A stretch of 64,000 nt of DNA from a virus (IMGVR_UViG_3300018481_000020:1-64000), one strand, 5' to 3'; numbered from the stretch's first letter, positions 1 to 8,538 are shown. The notes: a model not told the origin generated them from the sequence alone. Made by a program: numbers and translations.

Positions 1-36
1 TATCTGCGATCTGTTCTGATTCCATCTTCGTTCCTC

Positions 37-264
37 TCATTGGTTACTGCCGTAGTAGTGCTTCTCGAACTGCTTCCGTGGGACCAGGTACTCCATGCCC
101 CTGGTCCGCTTCTCGTTCCGGATCACCACGTTGAGGCAGTGGATCCGGTAGGCAGCCTCCAGGTGCTCGGGAGACCCCCACTCGTGGAATGCGAGCTCAG
201 CGAGTAGCTGGCTGTATCGCTTGTCAGCTGGCTTGCTGACCGATCTACGCCATCTGAACTTCAT
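37..264 (-). CDS. hypothetical protein
   Basis: ORF with ATGA overlap to upstream gene. Confidence 0.7.
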   Translation of the reverse strand: MKFRWRRSVSKPADKRYSQLLAELAFHEWGSPEHLEAAYRIHCLNVVIRNEKRTRGMEYLVPRKQFEKHYYGSNQ

Positions 265-659
265 CGAACGATCACCGTGGTCTCGGAGACCACCTCGATC
301 TTGGTGTAGCCGTTCACTGCGAGCAGCAGCATCGCGGCCTCCTTCATTACTGCCGGATGCACCTTCTTCATGACCACCTCTGAGGACTTCTGAGGGGCCT
401 TCTGGCGCTTCCGAGGCATCGGCTGGACCTCACCCTTGGCGATCTTCTGCACGGTCTTCTCGTCCAGGCTGGCGGTCCTCAGAACAGTCGCGCTGCCCTT
501 CTCGCGATGGTTGTGGGTGTCGGTCTGCTCACATTTTGGGCAGCAGGCTTTCAGGCCCTTGTCGAAGATGCGCTTGGTGCAGGCGGCATAGGTCGCATTG
601 CAGTTCGAGCACTTGTCGCCCCTGTGTTCAGTGAGCCATCGCTCCGCAGTGGTGTTCAT
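261..659 (-). CDS. hypothetical protein with CxxC motifs (putative Zn-binding)
   Basis: CSNC, CCPKC; AGGAGG RBS. Confidence 0.75.
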   Translation of the reverse strand: MNTTAERWLTEHRGDKCSNCNATYAACTKRIFDKGLKACCPKCEQTDTHNHREKGSATVLRTASLDEKTVQKIAKGEVQPMPRKRQKAPQKSSEVVMKKVHPAVMKEAAMLLLAVNGYTKIEVVSETTVIVR

Positions 660-667
660 CAGTCCTC

Positions 668-895
668 CTAGTGCTTGCGTCGGTTGGACTCGAAGTGGTT
701 GGAGAGGTAGTTGACCTCACCCGCCGGCACGTGGATTGGAATCAGCCCAGATCCCTCGCAGCGGATCTCCACGGTCTGCTGCGGCACGTCAGGGACTCCC
801 GCGAACGGGGTCCAGGTGGTCTTGTGCGGCATCGCCTTGCCTTGCGGGTCAAGCGTTACCTCTTTGCCACAGGTGTCACATGGTGCTGTAGCCAT
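668..895 (-). CDS. small putative Zn-binding protein
   Basis: CDTC...H...C pattern; GAGG RBS. Confidence 0.7.
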   Translation of the reverse strand: MATAPCDTCGKEVTLDPQGKAMPHKTTWTPFAGVPDVPQQTVEIRCEGSGLIPIHVPAGEVNYLSNHFESNRRKH

Positions 896-971
896 CGATC
901 CTCATCTCATCTCCTTCATGGTTTGGTCTCACCCCGGTTGGGGTGGCATGCTGGAACTTCCTTTCATGGTT

Positions 972-1012
972 GGACAGGCCCCCCGGTATCCGCGTCGCCG
1001 GGGGGCCTGTTC
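972..1012 (-). terminator. GC-rich intergenic hairpin (terminator or processing site)
   Basis: ACAGGCCCCCCGG / CCGGGGGGCCTGT inverted repeat just after the stop at 1019. Confidence 0.55.
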
Positions 1013-1018
1013 TTGTGA

Positions 1019-1225
1019 TCAGCCCTTCTCCACCTGCTTCTCCTCGGGGGCCATCGTGACCGTCACTCGGTACGGCGTGTGCAGGAACGGGAACCGGACT
1101 ATGAGTGCAGCGGTCTCTTCGCCCTCCACGATGCGTACGACGGTGACCGTGGGCTCGGATCTAGAGAGCACGGCGAACAACGCACCAGCTGCTACCAGCT
1201 CGTTGGCCAGTCGTTCCTCATCCAT
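1019..1225 (-). CDS. hypothetical protein
   Basis: AGGAGGAG RBS, coupled to upstream gene. Confidence 0.7.
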   Translation of the reverse strand: MDEERLANELVAAGALFAVLSRSEPTVTVVRIVEGEETAALIVRFPFLHTPYRVTVTMAPEEKQVEKG

Positions 1226-1520
1226 CGAGCTCCTCCTGGGGAGCGCGAATCGAGTCCGGCTCGTTGTTGACCCGCTCGATGAGGGCCAGGTCCTCGGTGG
1301 TCAGGCTCTCCTTGTCGATCTTGCTGACCACGATCCGCCACCACAGCGTCTGATCGATCCCACACTTCGGGCAGGTCCGTGGCGACAGGATCTTGAAGTT
1401 CGCCATCATCGGCGGATAGTCCCAGCCCTTGTCGTACGCCTGGTGCGGGGTCAGGATCTCCTGGGCACCACACACCTCACAGATGTGCACCAGGGGTTCT
1501 TCGTCCTCGTTCTCACTCAT
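1218..1520 (-). CDS. Zn-ribbon protein
   Basis: CEVC...CPKC; start moved to ATG 1520 (AAGGAG RBS, ATGA overlap). Confidence 0.75.
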   Translation of the reverse strand: MSENEDEEPLVHICEVCGAQEILTPHQAYDKGWDYPPMMANFKILSPRTCPKCGIDQTLWWRIVVSKIDKESLTTEDLALIERVNNEPDSIRAPQEELDG

Positions 1521-1837
1521 CGGGTCATCTCCTTCCATCGGCCCCGGTGGTGCTCGATCAGCCAGGCGACAGCACGTTTTGCCCCTTCTCGGTAGCTTCC
1601 CTTCTCGTCGTGGTCACTGCCTCCGAAGCACAGGCAGCGACGCTCCAGGTGGGGCACGTCCCCGAGCGTGGACCGGAGCAAGCACTCGGTGTGGAAAACG
1701 CCGCCCATCCGCATCGCGTCCTCGTCGTACTCGATCTTCTCCTGACACATCCCGCAGGTCAGTCCGGTGAGATCTGCCAGCACCGCGTCATCGGCCATCG
1801 GGGCGTCCCAGCGCCGGCCTTGATAGAAAGTGGTCAT
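1517..1837 (-). CDS. LIM/treble-clef-like Zn-finger protein
   Basis: CGMC...FHTEC; GGAGG RBS. Confidence 0.7.
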   Translation of the reverse strand: MTTFYQGRRWDAPMADDAVLADLTGLTCGMCQEKIEYDEDAMRMGGVFHTECLLRSTLGDVPHLERRCLCFGGSDHDEKGSYREGAKRAVAWLIEHHRGRWKEMTR

Positions 1838-2298
1838 GGCTCTTCCTCCTTGGCTAGTGGTGAGTCCTTCGGGTACATCACGACCATCGCGTCATTTCTG
1901 AACGAGTCCTCATCGGAGGTAGGCCTCCCAGTGTTGGCGTCGTCCAACGCGGTGAGGAGCTGGGTCAGAAAGGAAGGCTCAGCACCCTCTGGAGGTGGAT
2001 CGCCTGGTGTCCAGCCAGTCCACTTCGTGACCATCACCTGGTGGCCGAGCTCCGCCTCTTCCTTGGTGCAGTACCGGACACAGTCGAGGTCGACGGAGCT
2101 CTCGCCGCCGAAGACCATCGTCTCGAAGATGATCGGACGCCCACCTTCTAGGAAGTTGTGGTCGATCCCGAGCAGCACCGTGGACACGAAGCAGCCACCA
2201 GGTAGCTCGGTCTGTTCGACGATCTTCTGTGCAGGATCCTCGAATAGCGCTGCCCACTCCTCCATCGAGATCGGCTGGCCGTCCATGCCGTAGTACAT
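1834..2298 (-). CDS. hypothetical phage protein
   Basis: Start moved to MYYGMDG (GAGGGG RBS); VSTVLLGIDHNF...PIIFETMVFGG. Confidence 0.75.
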   Translation of the reverse strand: MYYGMDGQPISMEEWAALFEDPAQKIVEQTELPGGCFVSTVLLGIDHNFLEGGRPIIFETMVFGGESSVDLDCVRYCTKEEAELGHQVMVTKWTGWTPGDPPPEGAEPSFLTQLLTALDDANTGRPTSDEDSFRNDAMVVMYPKDSPLAKEEEP

Positions 2299-2312
2299 CG
2301 GCTCGCCCCTCA

Positions 2313-2396
2313 TCACAGCAGCCACCACAACAGTGGGATGTAGATGAGTGCAGCCATCGTCAGCGCTATCACCAGCAGTCTTGTGCTGATGGTCAC
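2313..2396 (-). CDS. 27-aa membrane microprotein (not in ORF track)
   Basis: GTG start in GTGA overlap, AGGAGG upstream; MTISTRLLVIALTMAALIYIPLLWWLL. Confidence 0.55.
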   Translation of the reverse strand: MTISTRLLVIALTMAALIYIPLLWWLL

Positions 2397-2626
2397 TTCT
2401 CTCTCCTCCTTGGGTCGTTGAGGGGCACGAACTGTGGGCGCTCGGGGTGTCCGTTGGCCTCACACGAGACGCAGAAGGGCTCGTCGGGTGACGCGACCAT
2501 CGCGTGGCACTTGTCGGTGAGCGTCCTGGTTACTCCCTGGGTCGACGTGTGCTCGTGCATCAGCAGGCACACGCATTGGTGTTCGATGACCTTCTCCCGG
2601 ATCGGGAGTAGTTCTGGTTGTTCCAT
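2393..2626 (-). CDS. small Cys/His-rich protein
   Basis: Start MEQPELL after GAAAGGA; CVC...C...CVSC. Confidence 0.65.
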   Translation of the reverse strand: MEQPELLPIREKVIEHQCVCLLMHEHTSTQGVTRTLTDKCHAMVASPDEPFCVSCEANGHPERPQFVPLNDPRRREK

Positions 2627-2649
2627 CTGATTCCTTTCATGACATGGCA

Positions 2650-2706
2650 GCACGACCCCCGCCCACGCGATCCACCCCTTGGAAAGGTTCGTGGGCAGGG
2701 GCCGTG
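2650..2706 (-). terminator. intergenic hairpin
   Basis: CACGACCCCCGCCCACG / CGTGGGCAGGGGCCGTG imperfect inverted repeat. Confidence 0.45.
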
Positions 2707-2711
2707 CGATC

Positions 2712-3407
2712 TCAGTAGCCCCGACGCTTGCGGGACCTCTCTTCCTCGTACAAGCGATCGCTCTCGTACCTGGTGATCGGCTTGCGGAAGTACTCCCCAA
2801 GGGGCACCGGCGGTGGATCAGGAGCCAACCAGCGGTTCTCGGAGGCAGCCTCCAGGCGACGTACCTTGGCTTGCAGCTCCTGACGCTCCATACCAGCGTT
2901 CAACGCATCGTCTGCGGCCTTCTTCTGGGTGTTCTGGAGCTTTTCCTGGAGGTCGTGGCACCTCTCCGCCAGGTCGAGGACATCGGGCTTGTACGGCCCG
3001 ATTTTGAGCGCCTCCTCGTAGTCCGCATTGATCTTCTGGACCTCGTGCAGCTCGAACTCCCGTTGCTGCTTCTCGGTGACCTCCTGCTTGGTGCTCCGAG
3101 TCGTGCCACCCGCGACGTGCAGGACGGCGATACTTGCGAACATCAACGGCCACAGCAGGGCCATCGGGAACGCCGGCACCAGGTGCTTGAGCCGAGGCGT
3201 TGGGTCATCCACCGTTCTCGTCTGCAAGCAGCCCTCCATGTGGTGCTTTCTGCAGAGCTCAGTGTCAGTGCTCCCCGACCGAGAGCAGTGGTGCTCCGTC
3301 TCTGGTCTGGCTGCGACCTTCCGGACAAAGAAAACGGCTGCCGGCGTGATGCCGATCAGCCACACTAACTTCAAGATCATCTCCACGATGTCGAACACCA
3401 GATCCAC
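2712..3407 (-). CDS. membrane protein with C-terminal coiled coil
   Basis: Two hydrophobic segments, then E/Q/K-rich heptads. Confidence 0.7.
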   Translation of the reverse strand: MDLVFDIVEMILKLVWLIGITPAAVFFVRKVAARPETEHHCSRSGSTDTELCRKHHMEGCLQTRTVDDPTPRLKHLVPAFPMALLWPLMFASIAVLHVAGGTTRSTKQEVTEKQQREFELHEVQKINADYEEALKIGPYKPDVLDLAERCHDLQEKLQNTQKKAADDALNAGMERQELQAKVRRLEAASENRWLAPDPPPVPLGEYFRKPITRYESDRLYEEERSRKRRGY

Positions 3408-3409
3408 CC

Positions 3410-3679
3410 CTATGCTCCTAGTCTCGCTTCACTTTTTTCTGACCATGTGACCCATCGCTTGATGCCACCTCGGGTGACCCACCGACCACCACTCAGACGC
3501 ACCTCGTACTCGGTGACACGACCGCTCCAACGACTAGGTAGACCCTGTCGCTGCGCTTCGCGGCTGACGTTGCTGACGCTGTTGATCTGGTACTTCTCCG
3601 CGAGCTGAGCCAGCGTCATGCCGGCGTCCCAGTCCTCGCAGAACGGCTCGATCTGCTCCGGTTCTAGCCATTTGTTCAT
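3410..3679 (-). CDS. helix-turn-helix DNA-binding protein
   Basis: WDAGMTLAQLAEKYQINSVSNVSREAQRQGL; AGGAGG RBS. Confidence 0.65.
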   Translation of the reverse strand: MNKWLEPEQIEPFCEDWDAGMTLAQLAEKYQINSVSNVSREAQRQGLPSRWSGRVTEYEVRLSGGRWVTRGGIKRWVTWSEKSEARLGA

Positions 3680-3699
3680 CTGTTCCCCCTCCTACATGG

Positions 3700-3731
3700 A
3701 GCAGGGCCCCCGGCGAACCAGGGGCCCCGCT
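3700..3731 (-). terminator. intergenic hairpin
   Basis: GGGCCCC / GGGGCCC inverted repeat after the vWA gene stop. Confidence 0.45.
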
Positions 3732-3743
3732 ATGTGATCTCAG

Positions 3744-4358
3744 TCAGCTGGTCGGATCGCTCAGGTCTGCGTCCTTGTCTCCCTTGCGGGTGTTGGTCAC
3801 CATTGCGCTGGTGGCGGCGTAGGCCGACTTGGTACCGGCGGAGTCACCTGAGTAGGACATCGTCTGCCCCGCAGCGACCCCGTAGCCACCACCGACGGTG
3901 ACCGCGTCCTGGTCAGCACCCAGATAGGCGAACTTCCAGCCCCACTTGTTGGTCTGCTCGGTGACGGCCTCGAACAGCGCATCACGAGTCCACTCTCGCG
4001 AGGAGTTCTCGTGGCCATCAGTGATCACCACGAAGATCACGTTCTCGGGACGCTCGTCCTCGGGAAGATCAGCCAGCTCCTCCCCGAACTCAGTCATCAG
4101 CCGGCCCCAGGCGTCCAGCAGCGCGGTCGATCCGCGCGGAACCAGATCCGGGTTCTTGACCTCGGCCACTGGGATGGACTCGCAGACCACCTCGTAGTGG
4201 TCATCGAACTGCGAGATCCGTACCGTGCACTTGCCCGGTACCTCACGTTGCTCCTTGAGGAACGTCGCCATGCCTCCGACGGCGTCCTCACGGGTGGTCA
4301 GCATCGATCCGGAGCGGTCGATGAGCATTGCTATTGCGGTGTAGTCCTTGTTGGTCAT
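3744..4358 (-). CDS. von Willebrand factor A (vWA) domain protein
   Basis: MIDAS motif LIDRSGSM, TALLDA, VVITDGHEN. Confidence 0.9.
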   Translation of the reverse strand: MTNKDYTAIAMLIDRSGSMLTTREDAVGGMATFLKEQREVPGKCTVRISQFDDHYEVVCESIPVAEVKNPDLVPRGSTALLDAWGRLMTEFGEELADLPEDERPENVIFVVITDGHENSSREWTRDALFEAVTEQTNKWGWKFAYLGADQDAVTVGGGYGVAAGQTMSYSGDSAGTKSAYAATSAMVTNTRKGDKDADLSDPTS

Positions 4359-4424
4359 GTTTCTCCAATCTTGAATGAGTGTGGGGCCCCCGGGATATGA
4401 CCCATCCCGGGGACCCCTTGTGGC

Positions 4425-5300
4425 TCACTTCAGCTTGTTCGCTGGGCTGAGCCGCTTGTTGTACTCCGCGACGATCATCCGTGCCATCGCGGTGGAGCGG
4501 GACACCGAGCCGCCGCCACCCTTCACCCCGAGCATCCCGAGCGCCTGCCACTCGTCGGGGTGCTTGGTTCGCAGCTTGTCCACCAGCCGGTCGTAGTCGA
4601 GCTTCGACCGGTTGTGGTGGATCACCTGGGCGATCGCCTGGAGCAGGTTCCCGTCCCAGACCCACGGGTGTGCCCCGAAGGCGATCTCTGCGTAGGTCAG
4701 GGTGTTCCCCAGCAGGTCCGTGAGCGTCTCACCAGCAGCCAGACTCGCCTCGGACGAGTCCCACCTGGTGATGATCCGTCGACAGGACGCCACGGCCGAG
4801 ATCGACCGGTTGCCCTTGGACTTGCTGAACTCCAACCCACGCATGGTTGCTGCGGTGGCCATCAGAATCTCGATGGGCCGATTCGCCTTCAGCGCGATGC
4901 GGTACTTGTCGTACACATTGATCGGCTTCTGGTGAGTGTTGTAGTCCAGGAACATGTCGGCCTCTTCCTCGACCGACAAGCCCTCGAAGATCTCGCAGTC
5001 CATGATGGCTGCGGGATCCCTGCGTTGTGCGACCACCGTGCGGTGCTGGCCATTGATGATGTAGCAGTCGCCGTTGGTACGACGACTCACCATGATGATC
5101 CCGACCTTCTTGGGATCCCAGGCCGCCTCCAACCGGTCCAGCCAGTTGGGGTCGGTGGCACGCTGGACATCGATGTCGACCTTGAGGTCGGCAGCGAAGA
5201 GCTCCTCGAAGCCCTTGGTGTACTTCCCTGCGTCGAAACTCCGACGAGCAGGGGGCGAAGCCGGCGTCTTGCGCCGGGTGGTGCGGTTGGCCGAAGCCAT
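4425..5300 (-). CDS. ParB/Srx-like (DUF6551/DGQHR-like) domain protein
   Basis: VQR...IMVSRR...YIINGQHR...EEEADMF; start uncertain (5300/5318/5348). Confidence 0.75.
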   Translation of the reverse strand: MASANRTTRRKTPASPPARRSFDAGKYTKGFEELFAADLKVDIDVQRATDPNWLDRLEAAWDPKKVGIIMVSRRTNGDCYIINGQHRTVVAQRRDPAAIMDCEIFEGLSVEEEADMFLDYNTHQKPINVYDKYRIALKANRPIEILMATAATMRGLEFSKSKGNRSISAVASCRRIITRWDSSEASLAAGETLTDLLGNTLTYAEIAFGAHPWVWDGNLLQAIAQVIHHNRSKLDYDRLVDKLRTKHPDEWQALGMLGVKGGGGSVSRSTAMARMIVAEYNKRLSPANKLK

Positions 5301-5403
5301 AAGCGTCATCCCTTTCATGGATGAGAGAGTCCGGTGTTGGACTCCCATTCATTTACTGTATTACATGTGATACCTCCAGTATCGTTCCGAGATTCCCGAG
5401 TGA

Positions 5404-6060
5404 TCAGATCTGAGCTGGCTCGATCACCTGCTCCTTCTCCACGAAGCTCCACTGCTCGGGGTCGAAGACGTACTTCTCGCGCTCGTCCGCGACCATGTTG
5501 TGGAGCTCACCGAGCGTGAGAGCGGCGTACACCGCGACGTACTCGTAGATCTGGCTCAGGGTGTTCCCACCGTTGAACAGATCTGGAATCGACTCCTCGT
5601 AGTTCCAGTGCGGCTGGTTCAGCTCGCACGAGCAGTCCGTGTCGCGACCGTAGTCCTCGTACTCGTGGTAGCACTCAGGGTCGATCACCGGGATGTGGAC
5701 TCCCAGTGCCTCACAGGCTGCTACCGAGACCGAGCGTCCGTCCATGGCCTCATCCGCGAACAACAGGACATCGCTCTTCGAGTAGCCGAGCAACCGCGCG
5801 AACCCGGGTGCCTCAGTTACGTGGTAGTGCAGCGCGATCCCTTCCAGGTGCATGGTCCAGCCGGCGAAGCAACCGGCAGTGCCACAGGAACCGTAGCCAG
5901 CCAGGGCTCCAGTCTCCTTGTCGAAGACCTTCTCGAAGGTCTTTCGTGGCAACGAGACCGTGCTCCAGAGAGCCTGGTCGTGGCGGTGGTTGGTGTCGTA
6001 CTCGTTCAGGTCCTCGATGTGGGCGAGAACCTTGACTGCCAGAGCAGTGTTGAAGGTCAT
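5404..6060 (-). CDS. hypothetical actinophage protein (CGTAGCFAGW motif)
   Basis: HDQxxW...CGTAGCFAGW; coupled ORF. Confidence 0.75.
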   Translation of the reverse strand: MTFNTALAVKVLAHIEDLNEYDTNHRHDQALWSTVSLPRKTFEKVFDKETGALAGYGSCGTAGCFAGWTMHLEGIALHYHVTEAPGFARLLGYSKSDVLLFADEAMDGRSVSVAACEALGVHIPVIDPECYHEYEDYGRDTDCSCELNQPHWNYEESIPDLFNGGNTLSQIYEYVAVYAALTLGELHNMVADEREKYVFDPEQWSFVEKEQVIEPAQI

Positions 6061-6323
6061 GCTGGTTCCTTCCAGTTGTGCTTGCAGGGAAAGACGGGCG
6101 AGTTGAAGTGATGAGTGATGTCGCTCGAGTCGTCGAAACCGACCAACGAGACCATCCGTATGTGTCTCGCTTCTGGTTCCTTGTTCGTAGGCTCGATGGC
6201 CTCGAACAGCATTTGTGCGTACTCAGCACACGCTGAGTGCGCGTCTTCGTGATCGTGCACGAAGACCACGTTGTTCATGCAGTAGGTGATGCCCACCTTG
6301 TAGCTGGTGGTGCGTACTGTCAT
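6057..6323 (-). CDS. hypothetical protein
   Basis: GAGG RBS, ATGA overlap. Confidence 0.65.
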   Translation of the reverse strand: MTVRTTSYKVGITYCMNNVVFVHDHEDAHSACAEYAQMLFEAIEPTNKEPEARHIRMVSLVGFDDSSDITHHFNSPVFPCKHNWKEPA

Positions 6324-6387
6324 ACATCTTCCTCTCGGTCGTGCAGAAGCCCCCAGATCATCTGTGCCTGGGGGCTGGTGGAACCGA

Positions 6388-6774
6388 TCAGGGTTCCTGG
6401 TGGCTCTCGCCGGCGATGGCGTCGTAGGCGAGCCAGATCTTCATGATGGCCGAGGTCGTGTAGGTCCGGCCACCAGGCTCTTCGATCCGGATGCCGCTGA
6501 CCCCGCGCTTGCGGTCCCGGATCCCGACCACCTCGCCGGTGGCGATCTTCCGTATCCCACCGGGACCACCGTGCTCCACCTTGTGGAGCTCGACCGGCTT
6601 GTTCTGAAAGATGGTGAGACTGTAGAGCGAGCCGGACTCGGTCCGGAACTCGACCGTACGTCCGGGGTAGATCAGGTCCTCCATCTGCTCCGCGATGGTG
6701 GGGACCACTACTGCGTGAGGGTTGACCTTGGCCAGGGTGGCGTTGATCAGGTCCTCGGGGTTGGTGAATACCAT
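6388..6774 (-). CDS. hypothetical protein
   Basis: AAGGAG RBS before MVFTNPED. Confidence 0.7.
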   Translation of the reverse strand: MVFTNPEDLINATLAKVNPHAVVVPTIAEQMEDLIYPGRTVEFRTESGSLYSLTIFQNKPVELHKVEHGGPGGIRKIATGEVVGIRDRKRGVSGIRIEEPGGRTYTTSAIMKIWLAYDAIAGESHQEP

Positions 6775-6802
6775 TTCAATCTCCTTCATGGTTGTGGCAT
6801 GC

Positions 6803-6833
6803 AAAAAGGCCCCCCAGCCGAAGCTGGAGGGCC
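6803..6833 (-). terminator. intrinsic terminator
   Basis: Minus strand GGCCCTCCAGC-TTCG-GCTGGGGGCC-TTTTT. Confidence 0.8.
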
Positions 6834-6891
6834 TTCCTGACCGGTGCTTGGATACACCGGGTTTGTGGGCATGCTTACGCCCGTTGACTCT

Positions 6892-6920
6892 ATTATAGCC
6901 TATTTAGGGCACTAAATCCA
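6892..6920 (-). promoter_or_regulatory. leftward sigma70-type promoter
   Basis: Perfect TATAAT (6897-6892) in an AT-rich patch; palindrome ATTTAG-TGCC-CTAAAT in the spacer. Confidence 0.65.
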
Positions 6921-6929
6921 CTACAAACG

Positions 6930-7118
6930 CTACTTTAGAGCCTCCGTGGAGGGCCTTTTCGGGCAATCCAGGTCGTGACCGAGCTGCTGACCACACTCGT
7001 CACAGTGGTACGGATTCTGCCGTTCTGAGCCCATCATGGGGCCCAGACCAGGAGAACGATCCCGAGCAGGAGCATTCCGGTGAGGAAAGCACTGCAGATT
7101 GCGAACACCTGCACTCAC
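6930..7118 (-). CDS. small Zn-finger-like protein
   Basis: CDEC...H...C; GGAGGTGGAG RBS; GTGA overlap. Confidence 0.55.
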   Translation of the reverse strand: MSAGVRNLQCFPHRNAPARDRSPGLGPMMGSERQNPYHCDECGQQLGHDLDCPKRPSTEALK

Positions 7119-7606
7119 TCCACCTCCAGAGGACCCATCCAGGGCCCAGTGAGCACCTGACGGTCCTTGTACCTGGAGTCGAAGCTCACGTGCCAGGGAA
7201 ACCTGTCCTTCTGGTCAGGCCAGATGAGCTGGATTGCTGAGATATCCCCGAACAGGCGCGTAGCCATGTTCAACGGGAAGTCCTCGTGGTGCACATCCAG
7301 CACCTCTACCCAGGCCACGTGGAACCCGTTGGCCAGCACCTCCTCGGAGTAGGTGTTCGGCTGGTAGTTGACTCCGTTCCTGATCTGCTCCACGACCCAG
7401 CTGAGGAGCCCGTGCATCTGCTTGGGATCCATGCCCATCACCAGGATCTCGGGATGGTCCATCTCGCACAGGCCCACCGTGTAGTTGAACGGGAGCCCCG
7501 GCTCATCCTTGGTGGGGAAGATGGCCATGTCTGACCACCCCACCCTGGCCACATCGTCGAGTACCTTGCGATCCACCTGATCCCATTGCTTGTCCTGCTT
7601 ACTCAT
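7115..7606 (-). CDS. DUF4262-like protein
   Basis: GW...PFNYTVGL...HPEILVMG...QLIWPD..RFPW. Confidence 0.8.
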   Translation of the reverse strand: MSKQDKQWDQVDRKVLDDVARVGWSDMAIFPTKDEPGLPFNYTVGLCEMDHPEILVMGMDPKQMHGLLSWVVEQIRNGVNYQPNTYSEEVLANGFHVAWVEVLDVHHEDFPLNMATRLFGDISAIQLIWPDQKDRFPWHVSFDSRYKDRQVLTGPWMGPLEVE

Positions 7607-8075
7607 ATTCACTCCCAGTGGCTGCTGCGTCCATCTCGGTGGCCAGCTTCTGGACCAGCTCTGGCCAGATGTGCCAGTCGTTCTCGCCGGCGGTCTCGAA
7701 CTCCTCCTTGGTGATCTTCCACAGGGTCACTACGTGAGCCGATCCGTACTCCCCGGTCGGTTCCACCTCCGAGAACCACTTTCCAGTGCGATAGCCCCGA
7801 CCATGTGAGTCGAGGATTTGTTCCAGCTCGTACCTGGTCTCCTCCTCATCCTCACCACCGGCGTCTTCCACCACGTCGACCTGGGTCTCCAGCTCACCCC
7901 AGATCACCAGGTCGTCGATGAACCTGACCACGTAGTCACCCCAGGTGATCGCCCACTGCTCCGATAGTGCTTCGGCAATGGCCTTCTCCTCCTGTTCGGC
8001 CATGTAGCCGAGCATCTCCTCGGTGGAGTCGAAGCCAAGGATGGACTGCCCACGAGTCAGCTTCTGCTCCCTCAT
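7599..8075 (-). CDS. acidic hypothetical protein
   Basis: AAGGAG RBS, ATGA overlap. Confidence 0.75.
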   Translation of the reverse strand: MREQKLTRGQSILGFDSTEEMLGYMAEQEEKAIAEALSEQWAITWGDYVVRFIDDLVIWGELETQVDVVEDAGGEDEEETRYELEQILDSHGRGYRTGKWFSEVEPTGEYGSAHVVTLWKITKEEFETAGENDWHIWPELVQKLATEMDAAATGSEYE

Positions 8076-8242
8076 GACTCCTTCTCCCACTCGTCCCACG
8101 TCCTGCGCTCATCCATGTTCCACTCGGGGTGCTCGATGGCAGTGGACGCGACCGCCTCGATGGCAGAGAACACGTCCGTCCCAGTGATGATGGTGGCCTT
8201 GATCGTCAGGTAGTTGCGCCGCGTCATCTCCCGCACACTCAT
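8072..8242 (-). CDS. 56-aa hypothetical protein (not in ORF track)
   Basis: MSVREMTRRNYLTIK...WEKES; ATGA overlaps at both ends; GGAGGAG RBS. Confidence 0.7.
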   Translation of the reverse strand: MSVREMTRRNYLTIKATIITGTDVFSAIEAVASTAIEHPEWNMDERRTWDEWEKES

Positions 8243-8538
8243 GACTCCTCCCCGGGAACATCGATCCCGATGAACTCAATGTCCTTGCCCATCGCCCGGA
8301 ACATCTGCTGGAGGTGCATGATCAGGTCCCGAAGAGCATCCTTCTGGTCCTCGTACCCATGGGTGACGATGGCACCGTCGTCGGCATCCTTCAGGAGCAC
8401 GATCCCGAACACATCTTCGTTCTCCTGGTAGGCCAGGGGTTCACACATCTCCTCACACAGCGCCGTGAGTCGATCAGTTGGTACTGGACTCACCGTCGGT
8501 CCTGGCTGGTCCTGGTTCATCTCTTGCTCGTCCTGCAT
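8239..8538 (-). CDS. hypothetical protein (first gene of the leftward arm)
   Basis: Start MQDEQ after AAGGA. Confidence 0.7.
   Translation of the reverse strand: MQDEQEMNQDQPGPTVSPVPTDRLTALCEEMCEPLAYQENEDVFGIVLLKDADDGAIVTHGYEDQKDALRDLIMHLQQMFRAMGKDIEFIGIDVPGEES

Noticed and set aside
4425-5300. DndB / phosphorothioation system
   Set aside because: Only a DGQHR-like motif is present; no dndA/C/D/E or ssp genes nearby.
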